From Haplodiscus bocki (Eukaryota): a stretch of 64,000 bases of DNA. Positions 24,545-38,500 of this stretch are shown here, piece by piece. A program made the translations under genes and the position numbers. Position 1 is the first letter of the stretch. Every line of letters starts with the position of its first letter. Where the stretch lies: positions 94,240,001-94,304,000 of the forward strand of contig OZ296648.1 in the NCBI GenBank assembly GCA_965655095.1, given 5' to 3'. The notes under the pieces are model-generated. The model was not told the origin of the DNA, did not search any database, and was given only the letters and a program-made list of their open reading frames with translations.

Positions 24545-25830
24545 ACCTGCTAAACTTTTGCGTAGTCTTTGCTGGTCATGCCATGGTCACTGACACTCGC
24601 AAGGTTACCACGTGCAAATACAAAATAAAAGCCCGATCATTGCGAAAAAAAGTTCAAACATTGCCGGTTCTTCTACGAACATGTGTTTCATTCAGAAACC
24701 ATTTGAAGACTCCAGACGAAAAAAAAATTTGCCTGGGAAAACAAGCGAAGGAAACACAAGGGCCTAAAAAAAGGAAAAAACAAGGACTTTGTAACTGAGA
24801 TGAGAGGAATAAACAGCACTCAGACTAAAACTGTTGGAACTTTTGCAAGACACGAACTGAGAAGTCAAGTCTTTACATGTTCAACTTTTCTGTAGTCTTG
24901 GTTGGTCTTGACATAGTCACTGACAGTTGCAGGGCTACCACGTGCAGGCGCAAAACCAAAGCCCCATAACTGCAGAAAAAACTACAAAATTCGAAGAACC
25001 TTCTATAAGTATGGGTTTAGTTTGAAAAACCATTTGAAGATTCCACTTTAAAAAAAACTTTTATTCTTTGCACCAGAAAATAACTGACAGGAACACGATG
25101 GCCTCAACAAGGTGAAATAAACAAGCGCCTTGCAAACAGGATGACAGAAAATTAAGGAAATCTATAACTAGCACTCAGACTGCAACTGTCGGATCTTTTG
25201 CCAAACACGAACTGAAAAGTCAAAGCTTTACATTTTCAACTTTTCTGTATTCTTGGCTGAGCATGACATAGTGATTGAAACTCGCGCGATCACTGCGTGC
25301 GGGTGCAAAATCAAAGAGAAACCAATACATAAAAAATGACAAAAGTTGAAGGTTCTTCTACAAACATGTGTTTCATTCAGAAACCATTTGAAAATTTCAG
25401 ATGAAAAAAACTTGCAATTTGCATTACGAAAACCGACAGGAACACCAAAGTCCAACAAAGATGAAATAAACAAAAATATTGTGACTAAAATGAAGGAAAT
25501 CTATAAACAGCACTCAGAGTAAAACTGTCTGAACTTTAGCAGGACTCCGAGGAGAAATCAAATCTTTACATTTTCAATTTTCTGTAGTTTTGTCATAACA
25601 GCGTTACTGACTGCCTCAGGATGCCCACGAATGGTTGGAAAATCGAAGGCCCTTCATTGCTCAAAAACTTACAAAAAATGAAAGATCTTCTATAAACATC
25701 GGTTTCATTTAGAACCTATTTGAAGATTCAAGACAGAAACATGAAAAAACTTAACCTTTGCATCGAAAAACAACTCACAAGAAAACAATGGCCTAATTTT
25801 TGACACATAAGCTAAGACCTTGTAACTAGA
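24545..25830. repeat. Tandem satellite, ~330-355-bp unit, ~3.8 copies
   Basis: Recurring aacttttctgtagtcttggctgg..gtcactgaca..ccacgtgca..aaaccatttgaaga..cagcactcagact. Units start at ~24553, 24883, 25238 and 25576. Confidence 0.9.
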
Positions 25831-26002
25831 ATGAAGTAAAGAGAACAATTAGTGTGTTGACTTTTTTTCGTAAGATGAGAAAACCCAGATTGAACTGATC
25901 CCTTTTTAAGTAAGTTACCGAAATTGTCTTTACGTTACGAATTGTACCATTGCTTCCAAATTGTCGAAAATTAAAAAAAAAATGTGATAGGGAGGTGCTA
26001 CT

Positions 26003-26086
26003 GTTCATATGGTGCAGTGGTTCGGATAAAAACGCTCCGAAACCATAGGTCTTGGGTTCGAAACTTAGCCAATCGCTTTACCTTTT
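26003..26086 (+). mobile_element. tRNA-derived SINE head / tRNA pseudogene
   Basis: A box TGGTGCAGTGG (26010), B box GTTCGAAAC (26056), hairpin TTCGGA..TCCGAA, and a T-run after. No proper acceptor stem. Confidence 0.6.
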
Positions 26087-26171
26087 GTACGTTGTATACC
26101 GGAAATTACAAAAGTCTACCAAATTCCGAAACAAATTGACCTTCAATAAACCTCTAAAAAATTTAACGAAT

Positions 26172-26590
26172 CCACAGCTGACCTTTTTGAATCCCAGCAT
26201 AAGTTATGTGTTTTCTTACATTATATACTAAAGAATTTACCAAAGTACATTTTTGTAAACATCAAAATCAACTCCGTCCTATGAGTAATCTGTGCAACAT
26301 GGTCGGCGCCGACTTTGGCCATTGTTGGCTTGTTAATTTTTATACCAGCAAATATACCACAAACGCTGCTACTTTCGAAAAAAAATTTGGACGCTCGGCC
26401 CCAAATTTTATGTCATTTCTAGTAATATATCTACCGAATCGACAGTTGGCTGGTTTGAATCCCAGCATAAGCTATGTTTTCTTACAAATTTGTACCAAAT
26501 AATACACCAAAAAAGTTTTTTCAATCATCATAACCAACTGCGTCCTAAACTTCTTTTCAACCATCGGGACGGCGCCGACTTGGGCTGTTT
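26172..26590. repeat. Two-copy direct repeat (~268-bp spacing)
   Basis: ttgaatcccagcataag.tatg..ttttcttaca and cggcgccgactt occur at ~26185-26315 and ~26455-26582. Confidence 0.75.
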
Positions 26591-26605
26591 CCGAAATATT
26601 ATGAA

Positions 26606-26926
26606 TGTATCTTTTGTTAACCCCCCACCAGTAGTAACAAGAACTTTAACCCCCCCCCACCCCACACCACAGAAGTGAACTCGCTTTTGATTGGCTAAAA
26701 TTCACTGGCACGTGAGCTAAACCTTTACGAGGCTTGTTATTGCTTTCGATTCTCTGATTTTGGTGGGGGTAGTCAAATCAGTGGGGGAGGAGTTAAATCA
26801 GTGGGGGGTTTAAATCAAATGAGAGGGAGTTACATCAGTGGTGAGTAGGAGGGAGTCAGATCAGTAGGGGTGGGATGGGAGTTTATTCAGTAGAGGTGGG
26901 AGGGGAGTTAATAGAAAGGATCCACA
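26606..26926. mobile_element. MITE-like element with a G-rich internal array
   Basis: Imperfect TIRs tgtatcttttgttaacccccc / ggggagttaatagaaaggatccaca. Internal repeats (g)agt(c/t)aaatcagtggggg, about 7 copies at 26760-26910. Confidence 0.65.
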
Positions 26927-26949
26927 GGAATAGCAATCAAAACTATAGG

Positions 26950-29900
26950 TGATGGCGTGTAAGTTTCGGAACACCGTCTAAAATTTTGAGTAACGTCCAA
27001 AACTTTTTCGGAAAAATCCGTCCGTTATAAAATGGAGATAGTAATTAGTGTATCAGTTTTTCAAAATCAACAAAATGTTCATGAAATAATAGATCAAGTA
27101 CCGAAGTCAGCAAGTGAATACAGCGAGCCAATAAAAACAAAAAGGAATGAACAAAATTCAGTGAGTGTTTCAGTGACTACGTCATGAGGATCATGCCGTA
27201 TGAAAAAGCAATTCAATTCATGAAGTCCACAACACTCATCAGCCTGATTTATTCATTCAGCGCATTAATAAAAACTCCGAAGCCGGAAAAAAACGGGAAC
27301 GGTTGTTCAAAATGTCATTGACAGATTGAAAACCTAATTTGCTGATGTCGCAGAAGAGTTTGCTAGTATCTAAAGTTCTTCTTGGTGACGCCTACTTTTT
27401 GAGGGAAAAAATTTACAGTTTTTAGGAAACCGTCCAATTTTTTTGAGATCACCTAAGAAGGTTAGTGATAACGTCTAAAACGTTCTGAAAGACAGTTTAA
27501 ACTTTTGAATAACATTCTAAACTTTTGATATTAATATGCAAAACTCCTGGCGGCAACGTCCTAAATTTTGATGGATAAGATTTAATACTTTTAGCGATAG
27601 CTTTGGAAACTTGACGAATATGTCTGAATTTCTTTGGAAACTGTCCAAAAACTTTGAAATTCTTTTAAAAATTATTATCTGTAACGTCTATAGCAACCCA
27701 CTACAGTGACTAGACACTAAAGCAGAAATTTAGAGCTTCAATGATTCGAACCTTTTTGTACAGGTCGCTACCTAGCGTGCTGATCATTACACTGGGATTT
27801 CCACAATTTCCAAAAAAACGTCTAGACTTAAATACAAACTTTGTTGTTGCTATACGTTTTAAAAGTTTTGGGAGATCAGCTAAATGTTTGATTAACATCT
27901 AATTTTCTCGAAACCTATTTTCTAAAATTGCTAGTGGTAACGTCTAAAACTTTGAGGAATGGTTTTCATAAATTCTCCTTTCCCCACAATAATTCTTTTT
28001 CATTTTTCATTAAGGGTTTTTCGTCAAAAAATAAAAAGTTGATTTTCGAGGCAACTTACCATTGTTCCTAGAGAATTTTAGTTCAAACTACAGCATTTAA
28101 CGTTTCTGCTGCATTTTAGAAGGCAGAAAACATCTGAATGTAACGGGGATTGTTGTTGGGAAAAAACGTCAAATCTTGGAGGATAAAGTAAATTTTTTTA
28201 GAGAGCATCTGAAAAGAATGCAGAATCATCTGACTTTATTAGGACCAGCCAATCAAAAGTTTCGGTGAACCATGCCAAATTTCGAGTCACATTTTGAAAA
28301 TTTAAGGACTGTAGTTTTAACTTATATAAGATAAAGCGTAAAAAGTTTCGGGAGAACATCCAAGTTTCTGAGTAGCTTCCAAAAAGTTTTGGGTTGATAG
28401 AAAAACCTTTTGAGTAATGTCTATAATATTTACGGATATTGTTTAATAGTTTTCGAAAGATTAGCCTGAGAATCGATGAGCACTTTGTCCGAACATTTCA
28501 AGCAAAAGCGGCGAAATTTTTGAAAACTTTGATGTCTTTTTATGTATGAACGTCGAGCATTTTCCAGAAATATCGAACAAAATTATTCGAGTTAACATCT
28601 GAAAAATTCCGGAATACTATCTGAAATCGACATTCTTTCGACGCTTTGAATATTAACCGCTTCAGAAAACTGCTTATTAGTCCTAAAGTACCGACGCGTG
28701 AACCAAATGTTTTGATTGTAAAAGTGCAAAATTTCAGACATTATGTCTGGTATTTTTTAGAATAATTATTAAAAAATACACCTTTCGTTGAACAAGTTTT
28801 TGCGTTTTCTTAACGTTGAAGACACTCAGTCTAAAATTCGTGGGTGAAAAATCAGCGCGTTGAGGAAAACTGTTGATTCGCGAACCGTCGATGACATGCA
28901 GACAATTCTAATCTGACAAACCGTTAAAAACCCTATTTCGAACTTTCAACCCATCGAATAGTGTTCAAACTTTCGACGGCTAAATTCTTCAACACTATTC
29001 CAGGAAAAATTCGACCAAATTTTTGGAGAAGAAACAAATACTTTATGAAAGTTACCGATGTTACTTAGGAGTAACATCTAATGTTTTCAGTCTACGCTTC
29101 ACAAGAATGTCCTGGGCTTTTAAAGTGGCTTTGTTTTCGCTCCGATCTACTCAAGGTATTGTGTCAAAAAAATCAGGCACATTTTGGATTCAGAGCTGAA
29201 CGTCACGGATTACAACTCAAAAATGGGAAACATCGTGTTCTAATAAAAGGAATTGGGACTTAACTACCACTGAATGTCCCCTAAAGAATACCAAAAATGT
29301 TCAGCGGAGAATATGGCAAAAACTTATTAACAAAAGATATCATGAGACAATATACATTCTACCAAAGGGCTGTCTTTCATTTTTTCAATTTTGAAGAACG
29401 TTTTCGAAAACATTCCTGAAACTTCTGACGAACTTTTCGCGAGTAAAAGCGTCATTGAAACGATGTTTTGTGGAGAGAGTCACAATTTTCGGAAACGAAC
29501 ACACCTACCCTGTGAAGATTTGTAGACTTGCGGGTGTCACTAAAATTGACACTTCCAGAAATATTAAGATTAATTCCAAAAAAATTAGGAACATTTCTAC
29601 ATATTTTGAGGAGTAGTTTCGACAAAGAGGGCAAAAGCAATCAGAATTTTGGGAACAACTACCGATTAAATAAGCATAACCGCCTTTAAAATTTCCAAAA
29701 GTCTTTGATGTTCTCAAATACGTCTTTTTTTCAAAGATTACTATCCAAAAAGGTCGAAAAATTTGTCCAATTTTTTTAAGATTAACGTCTAAGACTTTTT
29801 TAGAAAATCTGGAGAAATATTGTACAAATTTTCTTCGTTTTGTCATGAAAGTTGAGAGAACATCAAAAACTTCAAATCATGACAAAAAATTGTGATGTTT

Positions 29901-31220
29901 TTATCTCGGAAGTTTCTATTTTGATTGTTTTCGAGCTTTGGATATTGTTCCCACAAAAACTACGCTTTTTCAGAAAAAAGAAGGAGCAATAGCCATAGCA
30001 GCGCTCTGACGTTTTCCCTTCTGTCCGAAAAGGCTCAAAGACGAAACTGCTCAAGCACTTCACGAAAACGTAGGTGTCTTAGGTTGCGAGGAGGCTCGCT
30101 CTTTGCTCAATAAGTTCATCTTTAAAAAGCTGCTTGTCGGAGGAACATTTTGAGAAATTTTTACTGAAAAATCTGAAAAGTTTGAATTTTATTTGTTTCG
30201 TATCAAAATTGCGGCTGTTTGTTCGTTCTCAAAAATGTTTTCTACGTCTTCAAACGGACAATTTTTTTCTTTCAGTAAGCGTTTCCTAGATTTTTAAAAT
30301 TGTTAGTTTTTCTCAAACATTAGGCAAAAGTTTGTCCGACATTGAGCAAAAAATTTCTCGCAAAACTAAATACAACCCTTTAAAAAATCGATAAGAGATC
30401 AAGGAAGAAACGAGAAAAACTTTAATGAATGAGATGGTTGATGAAAGCACTTTTGCAGAAAGAACCAAAAACCGTCGTAATCTATTGATGATCAAGTTCT
30501 ACCAAAGCTGGTGAGTCACATTACAAAGTTGAACTTTATCAAGTCATCAACCCGAAAAAACCATGGACAGTAATCACAGGCTTACCTGGAGAACAATTTA
30601 TCAAAATTTTAAAAGCAATCTGCATTGGTAGGCTTGAAGTTTTTTGGACTTTCCTATTATGTAGCTTTTTTTAAACCTTAGGCAAAAGTTTGTCGGACCC
30701 TGAGCAAGAGATTTTCGGTTCGTGTTGTCGAAAATGCATTCAACGTAACCACGAGAAAATTTTGGACTTTTTTCATATTATTCACCGCATTTCAGTAAAA
30801 AAAACTGGTTATCTGGTTGGTGTTTCCAAATTTTTTAAGTGTCACATTCTCAGCTAGGATTCACTTTTGAAGACGTTCAAAAGTTTTCAATTTTTTCAAA
30901 TCTTGAGTAAAGAAATTCTTTGCTAATGTTTTAAAAACTGCTTTCTGTGTTTCAAGAAAATATTTTTAGGTCGAAAAAATTGAGAAATTTATATATTCAA
31001 CAAATTTTTTGAGGTTGAACGAAAATAACATAGGTTTTTGAGCGGAAACATTTCGGCAGTGTTGTTATAATTGTATTTTACGTGGCCAAAATGCCTTTCC
31101 GTAATAGAAACGTTTTTTTAAACAATTGTAATAAGAGAATATTTTTCAGATTTTAGGTAACATTTTTCGGACTCTGAGCAAAAAATGTCCGGCAGGATGG
31201 TAGAAACCGTTCGATAAAAA
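26950..31220. repeat. Highly degenerate AT-rich repeat field
   Basis: Recurring aac(g/a)tc(t/c)aaaa motif. Block aaac.ttaggcaaaagtttgtc.gac..tgagcaa at ~30316 and ~30673, partial at ~31160. Confidence 0.45.
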
Positions 31221-32959
31221 TCCAGGGGAGGGGGTTATTTTGGTCCTGTTTTCGAACGTTGATCATGTTGACACGGAGTTGGCAAACAGGTGGCGAAAAA
31301 TTCTGCTAACTGAGGGATGATTTCCTTTTCATTATTTGTAATACCAAGGAAAAAAATAGGACCAATCGATCCAGACTTAGTAAAATCAGGAAAACATTTA
31401 AATGCATTTTATCCTTCAAGTTTTTTCCGGCCTCCCGCAGACTGAATATCATAAAATCGAAGCTATAGTAATACTAGAGACTATTGAAAACAGTTGGCTG
31501 CCCTATTATTGAGCACTCCCAAAATCTTAAAAACATGCTAAGCTGAAAAACGAACGTTTTTCGATAGGCCACATTGTAAGTACATCACGAAAACCAAGTC
31601 AACTTCAGCTCTCTGACAAAAAACTGAAAAAAACAGGTCAGAAAAGTCTATTGGTGTTCTAATCTGGAGTCTCCAAGTTTTGGAGATGCAAGAGATTGAG
31701 ATTTCTCAAAAAAATGATGCCTTTCTCAACGACGTTCAATCAACTACCAAGTTTCAGTTGAAAAGGGACCGCCTAAAATCGGATCCAGGAGATGCTCTAA
31801 CAGTTTAACTGTAGCTCATAGTTTACTTTGTCAGACACTTAGGATTCGTTTTCCAACAGATATTTTTAACAGAGGCTATCGTTCCGCCCAAGGAAAAACA
31901 TTGTCCATCCTCCCTTCTCTGTGTATACAGTAAAATGCAGACAATGGCAAAACCTGTCACGCCTCACAAAAAATTCCCGTTGCGTGAAAGCTCAAATCGT
32001 CTAATGTTAAAAACCTATTTGAATTGCCTAGTTTTTTAAAAACACTCCTTGGAGCATATAAAGAATACAGGCAAGTTTCTGAAAATTCAAGGAGTCTGCC
32101 TTTTTTTCAAAGCGCTAATGAGCCTAATTTTTCTACAAGATCCACAGTCAGTGCTGTTTTTACTATGTACTGCAAGATCTGATAAAACACCTGTAAAGCT
32201 TTATCCTGAAGAAAACCCCAAATACTTATTGAAGGCAGTGCCACAAAAAAGTCTTTTGAGTTTTTTTTCCATTGTCCAATAAAACATTGCCGACGCCATT
32301 GTTTAAGTCCATGAGCAGGTTTCGGTAAAATCTAAGTCATTCGTAGGAAAACAATTGCGAAAAAAGCAATCTTTTCGAGGAGAAAAATTCAGCCAGTTTC
32401 ACTGTTCTCGAGTTTTGCAGACATCATGTTAGAAAATTGTTGTGCTTGTCGGGCATTATGGTCCGTGATTCTGATAGTTGTCGGGTTTTATCTTTCGCAC
32501 TTAACGACTCAATACAAAAATAGCTTTTGTCGCTGAAAATCTACGGTTGCCAAATTTTTCAACCCTATCCGTTCTCATCTAAGTTAACATTAAAGAGATG
32601 ATAGTTTTGCGTGGGCTTCCACAAAAAAGTTCTAGCAATATCTCAGCTAACTTAGGAATCATTCCTTTAACACCTCAAAATCCAATAAGGAAAGCCAACC
32701 AAACTTTTCTCCGACTTTAAAAATCTGTGAGTTATATTTCGCAAACAATAGGTTTGTTCCTATGAGACACCAATAGTCGTTAGAAACGCAATTTTTCAGG
32801 AAAAAGAATGTCTTTCAAACCAAAAATTAATTTTCAGTTCCCTTGGTTTTTCACGTTATAGAAAGAATGATCTTCAATTTTGGTGGGTTTTGTATCCAGA
32901 CGCCATTTGCAAAGTTCAGACAAAGAAATTCAAGAATTTTACTATTTGTATAGGAAAAC

Positions 32960-33940
32960 AACACACAGGAACAAAAAAGATTAACAACAAAACAAAAGAC
33001 TTTGCAATAAGGATTGAAGAAATCTAAAAAGATATATTTAAAGCAATCAGACTAAAAATTTTGGATGTTTTATTAGACACGAGCTGAGATGTGAAGATTT
33101 GCATTTTCAACTATTCTGTAATCTTGGCCGGGCATACCATGGTCCTGAAACTTGCAAAGCTACTACATGCAGGTGCAAAATCAAAGCCCAGTCATTGCAG
33201 AAAAGTATTGAGAATGAAACAATTGCCAGAATTAGAGTTTCATCAAAAAACCATTTGAAGATTTTAGGCGAAAGAAAACGAAAACATTGAAATTTGTCAT
33301 TATAGCTCTGAAAAGCAGACCAAATGAGAACAAGGTTTTTTTAAAGAAAACGAACAAAACTTCCGTAACCAAAGTCAACCTAATATTAAAAAATTTGACA
33401 ATGAATTGGGATAAAGAGTTCTGGAACGTTTGACAAACTGGAGCTAAGAACTTAGATCTTTGTCTGATCCATATTTGTATCTTTTAATTCGAGCTTGTCA
33501 TAACTTAGTCACTGACACCTGCATGGTAACCACGTGCAGGTGCCGATTGAAAACCCATCACCGCGGGAATAAAAAAACTGAAAAAGATGGATCAGCTTAA
33601 GCATGCGTTTTATCTAAGGAACTGTTGAAGATTTCAGGCAACGAAAAGAACGGAAATTTTACTTTTGGTATACGTTCATTGGTGAACGTCCGCAGCAACA
33701 CAAAAGCCGAAAAACATGCAAATACAGAGGCGACCAGTGTTCTGGATTTCAAACAAAAATGAAAGAAAAACTGTAGCACCTTCATTGACTGAAACTGTCG
33801 GTCGTTTTGCAAGACTCGAATCAGAAGATGGAGCCTGTAATTGCTTAACACTTTTTGTAATCGTTCTTACTCATGACATATTCACTGTAACTATCTCTCC
33901 CACCAAGTCCAGGCCCACATTGCAAGCCCCATAGTTTTCA
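32960..33940. repeat. Diverged second cluster of the ~340-bp satellite
   Basis: tcagactaaaa..gacacgagctgaga..tgcaggtgcaaaatcaaagccc..ccatttgaagatt and gtcactgacacctgcatggtaaccacgtgcagg match 24545-25830. Confidence 0.75.
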
Positions 33941-35578
33941 ATACAATCATGACGAAATATTGCTGCAAAACCTCTGAAAAACATCACCTGGCTGAAAAAG
34001 TTTTGCGCAGGTTTTCTTGTGTCAACTGGCAATCTTGAGGCAAAACTGCCGTCTCGACCACAGCCAAAGTTTGCAAGAAGGGCGACCAGATTACAATAGT
34101 GACCAAAAACTAGATGACCGATCACTATTTTTCCAGAGCAGCCGCCGACAGCGAATCCGGGTTTTCAGGAACATCCAGAAGCAGCGTGAGCCAAACTCTG
34201 TCAAGAGAGCTTTTACCTTCATCAAAAAATTGAATATGCTTGTACTGGTGGTGGTAAGTTAACGGGAACACTCCATGAATCAGCAACCCGTTCAAAGCCC
34301 TGATGCAATCACATTGATCTAATGCTTTGGACCTGGGAGTTGCCAGGGGGACCCACTGAAGAATCGAAGGAACGAGAGTACCACCTGTTTGAATAAAGTT
34401 GAAACTTTCGTCTTTGGAGTCCAATTTTTTAATTCTCCGATAGCAAAAATTTCAGGATTTTCCTGAAACCTTCCCAAAAAAATCCGCAATTGTGTTCTTA
34501 TTTCCCTCTTTCTTTTATCTCAACAACCCATTGTTTACTGTAAAAGCCCTAAAAATTAATTTAAAACAAGATTCTGCACGAAAATCGTTGAGAAAATGTC
34601 GGAAATTTTCATGTTAGTCTCAAGTTTTGTTGATCATGCGACAGCTGCATTAAGTCCCTATCAAAGTGCAACGATAAAGTTTTCTCTTTCTCAAGTCTAA
34701 TTTTCAATCGTAATGCCGAAAATCCGAAAAAAAACTGTGCGAAGTTTGCTTTTGAACAGTCTAAACGATAAAACTGAGGTTGTTGTGGGGCCCGATTTGT
34801 TGAATAGAAACATTTGTAGAAATATAAGTACTATTTACCCACACTTATCAGTACTGGATCTGCTTAACGTTGGAAAACTCTTCAACACAAAATCAGCGCT
34901 TTTTTGAATTGCCAGCGTAACTGTACGCCCGATATAAATGATTCATTTTTAAGTTAGGCAAAACTAACTCTTTTCGAATGCGCGGTATTGTAAAAAAAGT
35001 TATTTCCGTTAGAAACCAGAAAGATTTCTATCTCTTGTACTGGCTACAGGCAATCCACCAGATCTCTGAGAATGAATTGAAGAACACTCAATTTCTAAAA
35101 CGGAGAGGAGGTTATCTTTCTTCAATTACTTCTGAAAGCCGACCCAAACAGACTAGTAAGCCAGCTAGAAGCGCTCAATTGAAGAGGATCGCCAGTTGGT
35201 CGCCATCGTAATCCCGAGCCTTTTTTCTGCTGCTACATTCGCGTCCAGACTTCATTGATTGGTTGATTGTGAAAAGCATCAGTAATTTTTGCACGCTGGC
35301 GTCCAGACTTCTTTGCCAGGTTGATATAATGAAAACAATTTGCTCACTTTTATTCCACCTCAAGGATCATGCCTTCACTTTGTTGATTGTTTGAAAACCT
35401 AACTCCTTGAAAAACTTCTTTTCACGTAACGCTGTCTAGAAAAGTCCTGTGATTGATCGTGAAAACGTAATAACAAATCAAAAAACAAACAGGTTTCAAG
35501 TTTTTCACTAGTTTTCTTTTTCGAATTTACCGTAAAAGATTGAAAAAAAAATGAATATGATGTTTAGTTTTAAAATAG

Positions 35579-38500
35579 TTGGTGCACAAAAAAAGTGAAT
35601 AAAGTTTCTTCAACTCGTGCCAAAGCGAACGCAGAGCTGGAAGTGAACGAACGGTTGCTAAAGGAAGCAGTAGATAACGCAAGAAGGACGGCACGAGTTG
35701 AAAGTATTGTTGATTGGTGTGACAAAGCAATGACCAAAGTATTTGGTAAACACGAACAACTCTACTCTTTTGCAGATGAAACCACAGATCCCAAGCATTG
35801 AAAAATGATTTAGAAAGAAAACTGAGTGACGTGATTGTGGGAAAAGGCAAAGTTATGATAAAAGCTCGTGAGTACAATGGTGGTTTTTCTCAATCAAAAA
35901 ATACCACACAATCTTCACTTGTCGCCCTTCCGGAAGTCAACTGTGCTCCTTTGACTTCCAAAATGTATGCTTCCTGAAATTCTGAGAGATTTAGCTAGCC
36001 TCAACGGCAATTCTTAGATGCAAAACTGCGACTCCAAAAGATTGAGAGACAGAACAGAAGTACGTTGGGTCTGGCTCAACAAGTGCAAGAACTTGGCCTG
36101 GTGAGACTCACGCAAGAGATACAACGCATCATTCTAGAGCATGAAAGAAAGCGAATGCATAAAAAACAAGCAATAATGCCTGCTGAACTGGAAGAAAATA
36201 ACAGTAGGGAACTGACCTATTGACGTAATTAGAACTCAGAGATGACGTGTTAGAAGCAAAGCTACCGTTGCCAGAGTTTTTTTTGAAAATGGTGCGCACT
36301 GTCAAAGTGTCAGCTATGGAAGATTGCCTGACTGGGTCACTAACGCCTCATCTTACTCAGGCTGACAAGGAAATCATTTTACTCAGGTTCAAGGCAGTTC
36401 TGTAGAATCAGAGATACGCTGAGTTCAGGTCGGATTGAAACTGAATCCGAGCCTTACATCGGCTGGAGGGTCCCCAGAGCTTCAAAGCAATCTCGAACAG
36501 TTTCTTTCAACTAGCAGAAAAGCGCACCCTGGTTCTCCACCGGGGGTTTAATTTATCATTGTGACTGGAATTAGTAGACTTGACAGGACCCCATTTTTCG
36601 TTACTGTTCTTAATCTGACTAATTCGAATCAGCTTCTATCAGTCAATGGCCAACCGAATGCTATCAACTGCAACAGTTACCAAAAACACAGATTCTGTGC
36701 CATTCATGACTGAAAAGATACCACCAGTCAAACACTCTCAAAGTTCACCGTGCCAGCCGATCATACCTGCCCGATTCCTTAAGTATGGGGATTTGCCGCA
36801 AAAACAAGAAGTTCAGCGCCAAATGTTAACGAATCTCAGTAGGCTCTCAAGAGCACCAACTAAGAGTACTGGCAACGACGCTAAACTTTCACGAGTGGTT
36901 CTTGTAACAAATGATCATACTGCTTGCTACAAAAACTCAGCCTCAGGACCGGCCATCTTAGGATATGCTGAACCAATACTTGTTTCATCAACAGCCTCAA
37001 AAAGCCTTAGAGGACCAGAGTTGTACCTGCTAAATCTTTTGTAACCACTAGACTAGCATCTGCTGTTTAGGCAGTACAAGATTTTATTCAATTGCTGGAC
37101 TTCTCAAAGAAATAACATCTGGTCGACTGGAAACTGGCCCAATAGAACGGAGATCCTCTGCAGTGGCACGGGCGATTGAACCAGTTGAAAAGTGCCACTG
37201 ACTCGACGTCACTAACAGACGTTGTTATAATGACCTATCTGAAGACATTAATGATCAGTAAGGCGAAGAAAACTATTGCTGAGTTTGCATACTGCGGAGC
37301 CAGGTACAAGGACGCTTTGGAGACACTACAGTTAAGTTTCTAGACAGCAACAGGCAGAGTGATTGCTTACTTGAACAAATCCACTTATATCCCGCGTTTG
37401 AAAATGCACAACTTTGAAAAATAGATCACATATTATGCAACCATCTCTGCTTTTGTTGGAGTCTTTCGATCATTGCACTATCATCAAGACCTACCCAATA
37501 TATCTGTGAGGCCATGCGACACGGAAGTCGCTATCAAGTTTGAAAGAAACTTGGTCCATGTATGCCATTAAGAAGAACTGGGATTGTCCGACATTATTTG
37601 CAATCAATGACTGGTTGGAAAACAATGCGAACGCCAAAAAGAGAACAAAACTGTCTTTTGAGGAACTGTAAACCGAAGTCGACAAGGTTCAGGTCACAAA
37701 AACGAAGTTCGAAATTGAAGTTTTCGGTTTAACAAGCTCAAATCAGACACATCAATGGTAGTCACGCTTGAAAATTTGCCCACTAGTTGTACCTTGTCCC
37801 TATTGTGAAGAGTAAAACCCATTGTGGCGTTGTCCGGTGTTCCGCGAGAAGACGTCTATCCAACAGCTGAAACTGGTGGCAACCAAAATTTTTTTAACGT
37901 GAATGAATGGGCAACATTCGTTCCCTAAGTGCCCAGTACCACTCAAGTGCTTGAAATACGGCTGCTGACACACTCAAATTACCTAACTCTACAAGTCCGA
38001 AAAAATGATCCCCGAATGAAGCCGCAAAAAGACTGGCGAAGCTGAAAAAGTACTCCAAACAATGTAAATGTTGATATAAACAACCGAGAAAATTGCCCCG
38101 GCTTGCTTTTTATGACGGATCTACACAAATAAGGTCAGTTTGCAATCTTTCTCTGAAGTTGAGAAAGTCAATGTCTTCTGTGATTTCGCATTCAGTCCAT
38201 CGTGGACCTCCAAAAAATTGGCTAAAAGATTGAAAGTGCAAGACTTACCTGTGAAACTTACCATTATTGGAATTTTTCAAATCAGATCATTGACACGCTG
38301 TGTTGAGATAAAGTTGAAACCGGTTCTTACGCGTGGCTCGTGGCGTCTTCTGTATTCAAGCCGTTTGTGATAAGATGATTAAACGTTGGGACCAATGTAA
38401 TTGATGCCAAATCTTTTCAAGTCCACAACCTGCAATTAGATGCGATTCCTCTGAAGATGTAGAGTTATGGAGATGTGGAGATTTTTTTGTCAGGATATGA

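Noticed and set aside
26003-26086. Functional tRNA gene
   Set aside because: Acceptor stem and anticodon arm do not form a canonical cloverleaf; kept only as SINE-like.
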